Below are positions 53,937-64,000 of a stretch of DNA of 64,000 nucleotides, piece by piece (within the stretch, counting starts at the first letter, position 1; every line of letters starts with the position of its first letter). A model generated the notes under the pieces. The model made no database searches. It was not told the DNA's origin and saw nothing but the letters and a program-made list of their open reading frames with translations. The position numbers and the translations under genes were made by a program. Origin of the DNA: Novakomyces olei (taxonomy: Eukaryota); the NCBI GenBank assembly GCA_016906335.1, contig JADEYG010000003.1:1178001-1242000 (forward strand), given 5' to 3'.

Positions 53937-54200
53937 GCAGAATAAACTGTGGCAATATTATAATTACTATTTATTGCAGAATAAATGTGGTAATATTATT
54001 ATAATAATTATTTATAGCAGAATAAATTGTGGTAATAACTATTACCATAATTAATTATTGCAGAATAAATTGTAATAATTATTATTGCCATAATTAATTG
54101 TTGCAGAATAAACTGTGGTAATAACTACTACAATAAATAATTATGGCTGAATTATCACAATTATTATTTATTGCTTAATAAATTGTAATAATAATTTACT
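53937..54200. repeat. 39-43-bp AT-rich minisatellite with conserved head GCAGAATAAAYTGTGGTAAT
   Basis: Heads at 53937, 53976, 54017, 54060 and 54103; degenerate copies at 54146 and 54173. Confidence 0.9.
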
Positions 54201-54570
54201 ACAATTTAATTGCTACGGCACGTTCTCTTACTTGGCGCATAAAAGTATACAGTTTGACCGTGGATTACATACAATGGCAAAGTATGCTTCCGCGCGACTA
54301 CGTATTGCTTTAATATGACTATTTAAACAATTAAAGAAGCACTCCCAAAACACGCACGGCGGTACGACAATTTGCCCCTAAACGGCGGCAAACCTCTGTA
54401 GTATTTCGGGTTGCGTTGCCCCTTTACCCCAAATCTTGCATCCTTGTTCCCGTTCATACTGTGATTTTTTTGGCAAAACTTGGTCGTCGAGAACCTTTAT
54501 CCGAGAGGCAGGTGGAAGCAGCAGTTTAAAGAAGCATATATAATACACTATCTAAAAGGCACACCGATCT

Positions 54571-55927
54571 ATGGAGGACGTTCGCATGACCGACCCTGCT
54601 CGTTCTCCTTCCGAAACTGATATCGGTTTGGCGCCTGCGGCCATGTCTGATTCGTCGCGCAACGATGTAAGGGTTCCGCCTCGAGGAGATTTGCTTTTTA
54701 ATCTCTATTTTAATTTCTCTTTTATTGCTCATTGACGGTGGTTTGGTGCTGACAGTCTATGACGCAACGGCGCCATTGGTGCCGTTGCTCTTCTTACGTT
54801 TTAGGTCGAAGGCTGGATTGAATCACTGATGCAGTGCAAACAGCTCTCAGAGGCCGATGTTGAGCGGCTATGTGACAAGGTATGTTTTACGTTTATTGCT
54901 CTGTTTATTAACAATTTTTCAGGCCAGGGAAATTCTGGCTCAGGAAGCCAATGTGCAGCCTGTCCGCTGCCCCGTTACAGTGTGCGGAGACATCCACGGC
55001 CAATTTCATGACTTGATGGAGCTCTTCAAAATTGGAGGTAACTCGCCCGACACCAACTACCTCTTTATGGGCGACTATGTAGATCGAGGCTATTACTCGG
55101 TGGAGACGGTCACCCTACTGGTCGCTCTCAAGATCCGTTATCGTGAGCGTATCACGATCCTACGAGGTAATCATGAATCTAGACAGATTACACAGGTGTA
55201 CGGCTTTTACGATGAGTGCCTGAGAAAGTACGGCAATCCCAACGTGTGGAAGATGTTTACAGATCTTTTCGACTATCTGCCTCTCACTGCTCTCATAGAA
55301 GACCAGATATTTTGTTTGCACGGAGGCCTTTCTCCCAGTATTGATACTTTGGACCATATTCGCTGTATCGACCGTATCCAGGAAGTTCCTCACGAAGGCC
55401 CTATGTGCGATTTGCTGTGGTCCGATCCAGATGATCGCTGCGGTTGGGGGATTTCGCCTCGCGGTGCAGGATACACTTTTGGACAAGATATCTCAGAGGC
55501 CTTTAATCATACAAACGGACTGAGTCTGGTTGCGCGGGCACACCAGCTGGTCATGGAGGGCTATAATTGGTCACAAGAGCGTCAAGTCGTGACTATATTC
55601 AGTGCACCCAACTATTGTTATCGCTGTGGTAACCAGGCGGCAATTATGGAGATTGATGAGCATATGAAATACACATTTCTCCAATTTGATCCGGCTCCAC
55701 GTGCTGGTGAGCCGCAAGTGAGCAGGAGGACTCCAGGTAAGCTAAACCGATAGAAACATGAAAATAAAAAGAGTTCAAGGGAGAATGACAAAAGAAACGA
55801 AATCAGCAATACGATTACATGTATAAAGATGAAAACAAGGACAAGGGCTTGAAAAAGAGCAAAAGAATAAGGAGAAAGGAAACCTGAAATCGAAACGATA
55901 CTAACGGAAACAGATTACTTTTTGTAG
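54571..55927 (+). CDS. PPH21: PP2A catalytic subunit (Pph21/Ppa2 type)
   Basis: [45 protein letters not shown], spliced C-terminus RRTP|DYFL*. Confidence 0.95.
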
Positions 55928-56116
55928 ATATAAAGCAGCAAGTATGCACAATGGAACTAATACACGCATTTTTAAAACCATATCAATTATTACGCACAAA
56001 TGAGAATAGTGTCTGTTTAAAAGCCGGTTTGCTAGTTATTGCAGGCAGCGCGCGTATTAGGTGAAGGATGAAAAAGGGCCAAATCAATATGAATTTCAGT
56101 ACTAATACTATTCAAT

Positions 56117-56183
56117 GTCTATTCTAAATTAAAAGTCTATTCTAAATTAAAAGTCTATTTTAAATTAAAAGTCTATTCTAAAT
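56117..56183. repeat. 18-bp tandem repeat GTCTATTCTAAATTAAAA, three full copies plus a partial
   Basis: Units at 56117, 56135, 56153 and 56171. Confidence 0.92.
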
Positions 56184-56366
56184 GGTATCTTGGCTTGTCC
56201 TTGGATCGTTTGCTTTCTCATTTGTAGATATTGCTTAAAAGACCACACATTGTATGCTCACAGGAAGGTTTGATCAGCTTGATTGCAATCGCCAGAGACG
56301 CGCTACCACAAATTCCTTTGTAGAACCATTTATAAAATTTTGCTTTCCTTTTACCGCCTTCTAGAC

Positions 56367-57069
56367 TCACCAAGCTTCCGTCGGATTTGCCTTGAATTCC
56401 AGGTAGTCGTCTATTTTGAAGTACGACAGCTCTGTTTCGTTCTCTGATAGATTAGATACAGAAATGCTGTCAAAATCATAATTACCAATCCCGACTCGGC
56501 TAAGCGTTTCAGCATCGTCAGTCAAAATCCAATCGTCATCGTGGTCAAGATTCACAGCCAGATTAACCGTCTATTTATGTTAGTACTCAGGCAAAATTCT
56601 GAACAACTCTAGACCAAAGTATGCCAAAGAGAATTAAATGAAAGCGAATTATTATTAAATTCACCAAAAAATTCATAAATGAAGGAAATTTTGTTGAAGC
56701 TCCAACCTTTGAAAGATGCGCTTTAGTGTATATTTTAAGGGTATCTCATTTGTCAGCACACAATGTCACCATTGCACCACGTCGTACCATATTCAACATT
56801 GCGGAAAGGCTTAAAAGCCGAATCAGTGGCGATAGCTGTATTATTAGCAAACATAACGCTTGAACTCACTATTATTTAGCTGCTCCTTTAAAGCACCGAC
56901 CGTAGTTTTCTCCAAGTCGAGATGGTGCAGGATAAGGTACTTTATCGAACGATAGTGGAAATTTTTAATAACGCGAACGCTTATAACGGCATCCGTTTCT
57001 ACCGAGTCAATGTGGCGACCAAAATGTTTGCTTACGAGGCCGTGCGTGAGATGTGAGTGTATCCGCCAT
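56367..57069 (-). CDS. AIM29: UPF0538/DUF2340 protein (Aim29/C2orf76 family)
   Basis: ISVRVIKNFHYR, FRNVEY|DTLKIYTKAH, NLAVNLDHDDDW, ENETELSYF, FKANPTEAW*. Five introns. Confidence 0.85.
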
Positions 57070-57212
57070 TCGGACTTAAGTGATAATCAGCACTTTGGTT
57101 TTGCGCGACTGACGTACTAAATCAGATAAGGCGTATGCTAACAATGTTTGGGGTATAATATTGTAACCTGATTTATGCAGTTTTAGAAACATATGAGCTC
57201 ACAGAATTTATA

Positions 57213-57378
<166 letters not shown>

Positions 57379-57736
57379 AGATTGAAAGAAATTTCTAGTG
57401 CTTTATGGAGAGGACCCTGACTGACCCTAACAGTCTACTACGAGTAATAAGATTTTCATGATCTTCAGGCTTACGCTACACAAAGATACGATGATAGCCA
57501 ATAGCCGGGCGAAATCCTGTACGCTATCTAGGCTGCAGGGCTACAATAGAGTGTAAATCTTTGCCAGAGCACACGGCAAAACGATACGCTATGTTCGTGC
57601 AACATCAAATATTTAATATGCCATACGAATTATATTTTTGAGCAACTCTTGCACAGAATGTCAATGGTACAAATGTATATTACTTTTCCATACATCTCCT
57701 TCAATTAAGCGGTTGCCAGAACAACAGCTCTATAAT

Positions 57737-58372
57737 CTAGCCAATGACAAGCTTGTCCGATTCCGGGAAATTGTACTCTGGGATTTCGAGGTTGAGCGGA
57801 GCAGGGCCCTTGCGGATACGGCCAGAGATATCATAATGCGATCCGTGGCACGGGCAAAACCATCCGCCGTAGTCTCCAGCCTCACCGATGGGTACGCAAC
57901 CCAAGTGGGTGCAAACGCCCAGCATAACAAGCCACTGTGGATCTTTGACCCGGTCAGAATCGGGTTGTGGGTCCCTCAGCGTATGGTAATCAATTTCATT
58001 GGCCTCCTCAATTTCGGCTTCGGTACGGTGGCGGATGAACACGGGCTTTCCGCGCCATTTAATAACGACGTTCTTTCCAAGCGGAATAGATCCCAGATCG
58101 ACCTCAACTTTAGCCAAAGCAAGAACGTCCTGAGAAGCACTTAGGGATGCCACAAAATCCGTGACTGTAGACTGTGCTCCGGCGGCCGCTAAAGCACCGA
58201 GAGATCCCACCATGAAATAGTTGAAGGATCGTGTGGAGTCCGGAGTCGATTTTTCCGATTTTTGGTACTTGCTAAAGTCCGGAATAGCGTCAGTGTTGAC
58301 AGTACGCAGAGACCGAGCGGACGCAATGCGGCCGCTGCATCGTGCTGCACGCAGCGCAGAGCGGGCAATCAT
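57737..58372 (-). CDS. RIP1: Rieske iron-sulfur subunit of cytochrome bc1
   Basis: Presequence MIARSALRAAR; KWRGKPVFIRHRT, CTHLGC, CPCHGSHYD, GPAPLNL. Confidence 0.97.
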   Translation of the reverse strand: MIARSALRAARCSGRIASARSLRTVNTDAIPDFSKYQKSEKSTPDSTRSFNYFMVGSLGALAAAGAQSTVTDFVASLSASQDVLALAKVEVDLGSIPLGKNVVIKWRGKPVFIRHRTEAEIEEANEIDYHTLRDPQPDSDRVKDPQWLVMLGVCTHLGCVPIGEAGDYGGWFCPCHGSHYDISGRIRKGPAPLNLEIPEYNFPESDKLVIG

Positions 58373-58629
58373 TTCCGATGAACGTTTGCCGCCTTTTTTC
58401 AAGGGATTTGCTCAACGTCGGATGGATACGGCTCTCGTTTTTGTTTTCTCGAGTACTCGTTTCCCTGCGTGGCTATTGGTTAAGGCTAAAAGTAAGCAGT
58501 ACTGCAGTAGTATAGCTTGAAATTTAGTAAAGTAAACGGCTTACAGAGCCATAATAAACGTACCGGTAATGATAAAATACTATAAAGCGCGTGAGTGTTT
58601 TAGAAATTTATAAAAAAAAAATATTAAAA

Positions 58630-58669
<40 letters not shown>

Positions 58670-58870
58670 TATTATTAATATTAATATTATAAAATTATAT
58701 TCAATATTTGATCGAATCGCGTTCGTACTATGCACATTGGTGCAATCGTCGTGTTCCTCTATAATACGAGGTTAAAAGCTGTACGCCGTACACCGTAATT
58801 TAACAATATTCTAGTGCGTATTTCATTTGTCACGAAATAGAATCGCGTCCCGCGCCAAATTGCCCTCCAG

Positions 58871-60541
58871 ATGCCTCCAAAGCAAAGAGCGCTTCCTCCA
58901 AACCGCAATCCTCTCCTTTTAAGACTGTTTCTGCCGTCCGATGTGAAGGTAAAAGATGAGGATGTGCAAGAATTAGCATTGCGAGAGCCGCCAGAGGCAG
59001 TTCAGAGGCGTCTCAGGCGGCGTTGCCGAGCGCAAGTGATCGATTTTGGGCAGCACAGTATACTTTTCGTTCGGCTCAAAGTGCCGCTGCCTGACGAAGC
59101 ATCTAAAAATCATCCAGCTACGTTTCTCATGCGTCACGTGAAGAAGAGACTTATCTCATGGACTTCAATGTTTGACTGTGTTTTCCCTCTGGCGTCGGAG
59201 TCTTGGCGATCTGCCGAGGCAGCTTATGTTTCAAGAATTCATACTCTCGAATCTATTCCTGAATTGGTGGGCTATTGGATCAGTGAGGACGTGGGTAGGT
59301 CTTTTGTATTGCGCTGCTTTTTGTTCTCGATGCTTTTCGATATTGATGCCTTCCATATTGATTCTTTTTGTTCTTGATGCTTTTTGTTTTGCCATATAGT
59401 ATGCGTTAAACAAGGCCGTTGACAAAATCTAGCGTTGAAGATTGCAGAGGACTATGATATAGTTCCGCACATGACTGCTCTACTGGCCGCATCCACCGCA
59501 GTAGAGCCGCAATCGCCATGGGTCAGCAAAACAACTCGCTCGCCTGTAAAGGCAGCGGCAGCGGCAGCGGCAGCGCATACCTCGTCGCTGGCCGGGCCGG
59601 CAGACAATCGTGGATCCGTTCACAGAAACAGTACGGAGTCTGGTACACCAACCGCAAAATCTGCCCTCCATAAATCGTCTTCCAGCGACGATGGCCAAAA
59701 TGTCAAGGATCAATTTGGGTCTGAAGCGCTATTAGAGCCGTCTACTCCACCGGCACTTTGGCCACCAAAGCGGAAACGCGGTGTTCCAGCAGTGCTGGTG
59801 GAGTCACCACGTCAAAGGGCGGCTTCTAATGGCGAAACTGGAACTGGAACCTACAGGAAGAGCCTTGGAGACGAGAGCTCTCGGCTGACAAGTACAAGGG
59901 CAGACAGACAAGTAAATATTGAGATTAGTGCGGGTACCGATAAACGGGCCAAGGAGGATGCTATGGGAGAGGCTACTGATAATGCGATTGAAGCAGCTAT
60001 TAATGCCAGACAAGACAGTGTTTTGCGAGAAAAGGATGCAGACAATTCAAGTGCGCTAGAGTCGAAAGGCAGTCATGCCGATTCACAAGAGGCGGCCAAT
60101 ATGGCTCGACAAAGTGTGAATACGGACAATGATGATACGAGTGAGACGAGTTCAGAGTCTCAGACAGAATCTTTCCAAGACAGACATGCTGTCCCGAGCG
60201 ACGATGGCCCTATGAATAATGAAATATCAAATGATAGCAAGGATAAAGGTTTGACTCAATCAGAACAGGACGCTGCCAGTGCAGAGACTAGTTTACCAAG
60301 TGCAACATCCACGGAGAAGGGAGCAGCACATGACAACGAGAAAGAGGCGCAAGAATATCCTTCACAAGAATACCCGTCACAAGAACACCCGCCACAAGAA
60401 TTAGCACTAGAAAGGCCGGCAAAGCGACAAAGGGTGGAGCAACTAGAGTCAGAAGTGGAGCATTTGCAGCATCGAAATGTGGTACTGGCCAGCCTTGTGC
60501 TTGCAATGGGAGTTTCAATGGTTCTTCCGTACATTGTGTGA
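58871..60541 (+). CDS. BQT4: Bqt4-like inner nuclear membrane protein (APSES/KilA-N domain, C-terminal TM)
   Basis: RALPPNRNPLL, CRAQVIDF, FVRLK, FLMR, ISWTSMF..FP, GYWISEDV|ALKIAEDY parallel the S. pombe Bqt4 N-terminus as I recall it. Disordered middle; terminal hydrophobic VVLASLVLAMGVSMVLPYIV. Confidence 0.8.
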
Positions 60542-60964
60542 GCCAATTGATCTCATAAATACATGATTTTGGTCATTTTGCGCGTGGAAAGCAACGCCAG
60601 GCCCTCAATTGTGTATGTAGTTACTGCAGCCAGATAGCAAGTAATGGATATGGATAAGAAGGAATTATGCCAATGAGCAACAGAGTCAATGTATAATATA
60701 AGGAGCTGAGAACAGTGGCCAAGTAATCTATTCGCGTGCACATGGCAAGTAATTTATTGGCGTACGCGCACATTTAGAATGGCTTTAAGAGTAGATTAAT
60801 ATATGGGGAAATAATACGTACAGTTAAATGCAAGCGCGACCGATAAAACTAATACGGTAATAATAATTTAAATTGGAGAATAATTTAAATTGGAGAACGG
60901 CGTAATTATGTCACTGTTTCCAATAAGCGTAAAAGCGTAAAAGAGCGCAAAGCTTTAGAGTTGC

Positions 60965-62870
60965 ATGCGAGCGCTTTACGGCTGTTTTACTGTTTCGCGT
61001 CCACGACTTTCCAGATTTTGGGAGACGTCTGTTCTGCCGCGCTTTTGCTTTGCATTAAAACGAGAGGCATTGGTTGATGTACGGGCGTTTACGGCAATGA
61101 GTCACTGTGCCACAGTAGCGCCTTTACGACGGTCACAGCGTTCGTCCCGGCGACCTGTCTCTTTGTCTGCACAATATGAACAAGATACCGGCCAGGGATT
61201 ACGGGAAAGCAGTGCAGAGTCAGATAAAGTACCGGGAACGAAGCCATTACCGGCCAAAGAATTGGAATTGGGGAAAAGGAGTGGTGGTGGAGACATACAC
61301 GGTAAACCGCTGAAAAAGGCCAAGCAAGTGTATAGTAGCGGGAGTGATGATGACTATGACCGCGACGGACACGCGTATGGGGGAGAAGACTCTGGCAAAG
61401 CGACTGGAGAAAATATTGAAGAAATCGGTGTCGAAAAAAAGAAGAAACGGACAAGCAAAACGGGCGCAAAGAAAAGGACTGGCGAGCTCAAGCAAGGCAG
61501 TTTGGGTTCAAGGGAAGTGAAGCCTGAAGAGTACCCGCCTCGGCATGCTTTCAACGTCGCCTCACGGCCGCTGCCGTGGCACGGGCGATTAGGCTATGCG
61601 TAAGTCTAAACTGATAAAAGCAAGGCAAGCCCAATGATGGAGAGCCTGTCTCCTTAAAAACATAAAAAGAGGCATAAAAAGAGGCAAAAAAAACTAAACT
61701 AAACTAAACTAAACTAAACTAAACTAAACTAAACAAAACAAAACAAAAACCTAAACAAAAAAAAGGTTTATCCAAAATTGACTGACCACCAGCTGTCTAA
61801 ATACGGTATTGCGTTCATGGAAAGAGCCTGTATTCTGCTCTCGCACTTGCCGACTCGAAACAATACGCAAGCATGAAAAAGCAGGGATAGATGATGGCGA
61901 AGGCTCTGGAGGAGGCCTTCGCTTTTTAAAATCACTTGGAAAGAAAAACGCGGCAGATCTAAGCCGGATCATCGAATGGAACGAGGCGAACGGTATTCGC
62001 TTTCTCAGAATAAGCAGTGAAATGTTCCCGTTCGCGTCACATGAAGAGCATGGCTATACACTAGAATTTGCCGACGAAGAACTACGCGAAGCGGGTCGTC
62101 TTGCCAATAAATACAAGCATCGACTTACAATGCATCCAGGCCAGTATACACAGATTGCCAGTCCCAGGGAGGCCGTTTTCGACAGCGCTTGCCGTGACCT
62201 GGAACATCACGCGGAACTCCTTTCCCGTCTGAACCTCGAGGGCCAAGCAAATCTGGATGCCGTTATGATTATTCACCTGGGAGGTGTTTACGGGGACAAG
62301 GCCGCTACACTGGACCGATTTCGCCAAAATTATGCCCGGCTTTCCAGCAGCGTTAGGGACCGTCTTGTCTTGGAGAACGATGACGTCAGTTGGAGTGTTA
62401 CAGACTTGCTACCATTGTGCCAGGAACTGAATATCCCTCTAGTCTTGGATTGGCATCATCACAATGTTGTTCCTGGTGAACTGAGAGAAGGCAATTTGGA
62501 TTTAATGCCTTTGGTTGGAGCCATTGCTGAAACGTGGCAGAGACGCGGTATTAAACAGAAACAGCATTACTCCGAGTCCCGCGAGCCAAACAATCCATCT
62601 GCTCATCATAGAAGAGCCCATTCAGCACGTGTAGTGGATTTACCGCCCTGTGAAAATGATATGGACCTGATGATTGAGGCAAAGGACAAGGAGCAAGCAG
62701 TGTTTGATGTGCAAAGACGGCTGGGTATCCGTATACCGAAAGCACTGTCCTACAAGACGATAGAACCGACGCGTGAAGGGCTGCAGAGCGAGAAGGATGG
62801 TAATTATTGGCCAGAAAACGAAGGTTGGCGATTGGTCAAAGCGAAAACGAAGAAGGAGGATTGGTTATGA
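60965..62870 (+). CDS. UVE1: UV-damage endonuclease (UVDE)
   Basis: GRLGYA|CLNTVLR, VFCSRTCR, RISSEMFPFASH, RLTMHPGQY, LENDD, DWHHH, QKQHYSE, MIEAKDKEQA. Intron about 61600-61793. Confidence 0.95.
61690..61750. repeat. (CTAAA/CAAAA)n in the UVE1 intron
   Basis: Direct reading. Confidence 0.9.
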
Positions 62871-63312
62871 AATGATATTGATAGATTCACGACAAAAAAA
62901 TTTGTTGTCTACAAAACGATCGGACTGTATGAGCGACTGAATGAAGAGGTATAATGGACCGTTTACCATCATCTTTCGGCCTTTTCCCTGCCTTATTCAC
63001 GGGCCAATCAATACTCGTTTGTCATTTATGACACATTATCTCGATATATAATTTAAAATAGTTAAATAGTTTACCCTTTAAACCGACTGTACAAGTAATA
63101 CTATCCGCTCACCCCACAAGCAATTATGCCAGCGCCCACGCAACATCAATGACATAACAAGTCAACGATACTAATATGGACCTGTTGAGCGACATAAGCG
63201 CTGGAAAGCAGTATAATAATTTACAATATTCAATAAAAGTACCGAAATACGCACAATCTCATTGGCTGTGACGGGATATCGTCATACAAGTTGGCCGGGG
63301 ATTCTGCTGTTT

Positions 63313-64000
63313 ATGCTTGGAACACGAAGCCTTTTCCGCTCGAGACCACTAATAGTAGGACGACTCAATCTGTCTATTTGCTTTTCCGCTTTCAAGTGGC
63401 GATATGCTTTATCTCAATTTGTTGCTAACTGTTTCCCCTAAAGTTTCGCAGAATGGTGACCACGTACGAGGTAGCCGAGCGAGGGCAATTGTCGGACGGC
63501 AAAAAGATCGCGGTTGATGTTCCTGGTGTGAAAGACGCTAAAGTCCTTCTTTCTCAAATCAAAGGAAAAGTCTACGCTACTGGCGCTCATTGTACCCACT
63601 ATGGAGCTCCGCTCGTGAATGGAGTACTCTCCGAAACTGGCCGACTAGTCTGTCCGTGGCACGGAGCCTGTTTCCGTGTGCCCGAGGGCGATATTGAAGA
63701 CGGACCTGCATTGGACGTGCTACAGTCGTATCCCGTATCTATTAAAGACGGGAAGGTTTACATTGAAGCCGATCCGGAGGCACTTGTGTCCGGCCGACGC
63801 CAGCCAAAGCCTTGCTCTGTCGGGGAAAGTGAAGAGCATGTCGTCATTGTCGGAGGCGGAGGCAGTGGCGCAGTCTGTGCTGAAGTACTGCGCGATCAAG
63901 GATTCCCTGGAAGAATCACCATCATCTCCAAAGAGCCTCACTTGGCCATTGACCGAACAAAGCTTAGTAAAGCCTTGATTCCAGATGCCACTAAATTGCA
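63313..64000 (+). CDS. AIF1: AIF-like Rieske [2Fe-2S]/FAD oxidoreductase, 3' end outside window
   Basis: Exon 1 MLGTRSLFRSRPLI, intron 63355-63443, then FRRMVTTYEV...CTHYGAPL...CPWHGACF...VVIVGGGGSG...DRTKLSK. Absent from the ORF track because there is no stop in the window. Confidence 0.88.

Noticed and set aside
53937..54200. CRISPR-like repeat/spacer appearance
   Set aside because: The spacers are related AT-rich sequences, there are no cas genes, and the context is eukaryotic. It is a minisatellite.

Overview
Gene-dense, intron-rich eukaryotic DNA from an ascomycete fungus. The Bqt4, Ten1, Dpb3 and UVDE proteins resemble their fission-yeast counterparts, so Taphrinomycotina is my inference. 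I hand-spliced about 30 protein-coding genes using GT(GC)..CTRAC/CTTAC..AG signals: SIT4/PP6 (3'-truncated), UPF3, MRE11, a 956-aa orphan, an HSL-type esterase, PKA regulatory subunit, GPI18, GRX5, CWF7/SPF27, TEN1, GDE1, ERG7, SEN54, ELC1, PAT1, ERG27, a KTR/GT15 mannosyltransferase, ARB1, SHE9, LEU5, a HAD phosphatase, a CLC transporter, DPB3, PPS1, SEC9, PP2A catalytic subunit, AIM29, RIP1, BQT4, UVE1 and an AIF-like Rieske flavoprotein (3'-truncated). CDS coordinates span first to last coding base, introns included. I recognised no tRNA, rRNA, transposon or CRISPR. Most ORF-track entries are shadow ORFs or exon fragments. I found no proven new system. The best leads are the SIM-rich orphan head-to-head with MRE11, telomere-type TAACCCT(AA) motifs in intergenic DNA (two beside unexplained structured gaps), a hairpin-bearing ~43-bp minisatellite, structured introns in UPF3, ERG7 and PP2A, a probable GC-AG intron, and GC-rich exon islands flanked by expanded microsatellites. 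Family assignments come from remembered motifs; no searches were run.
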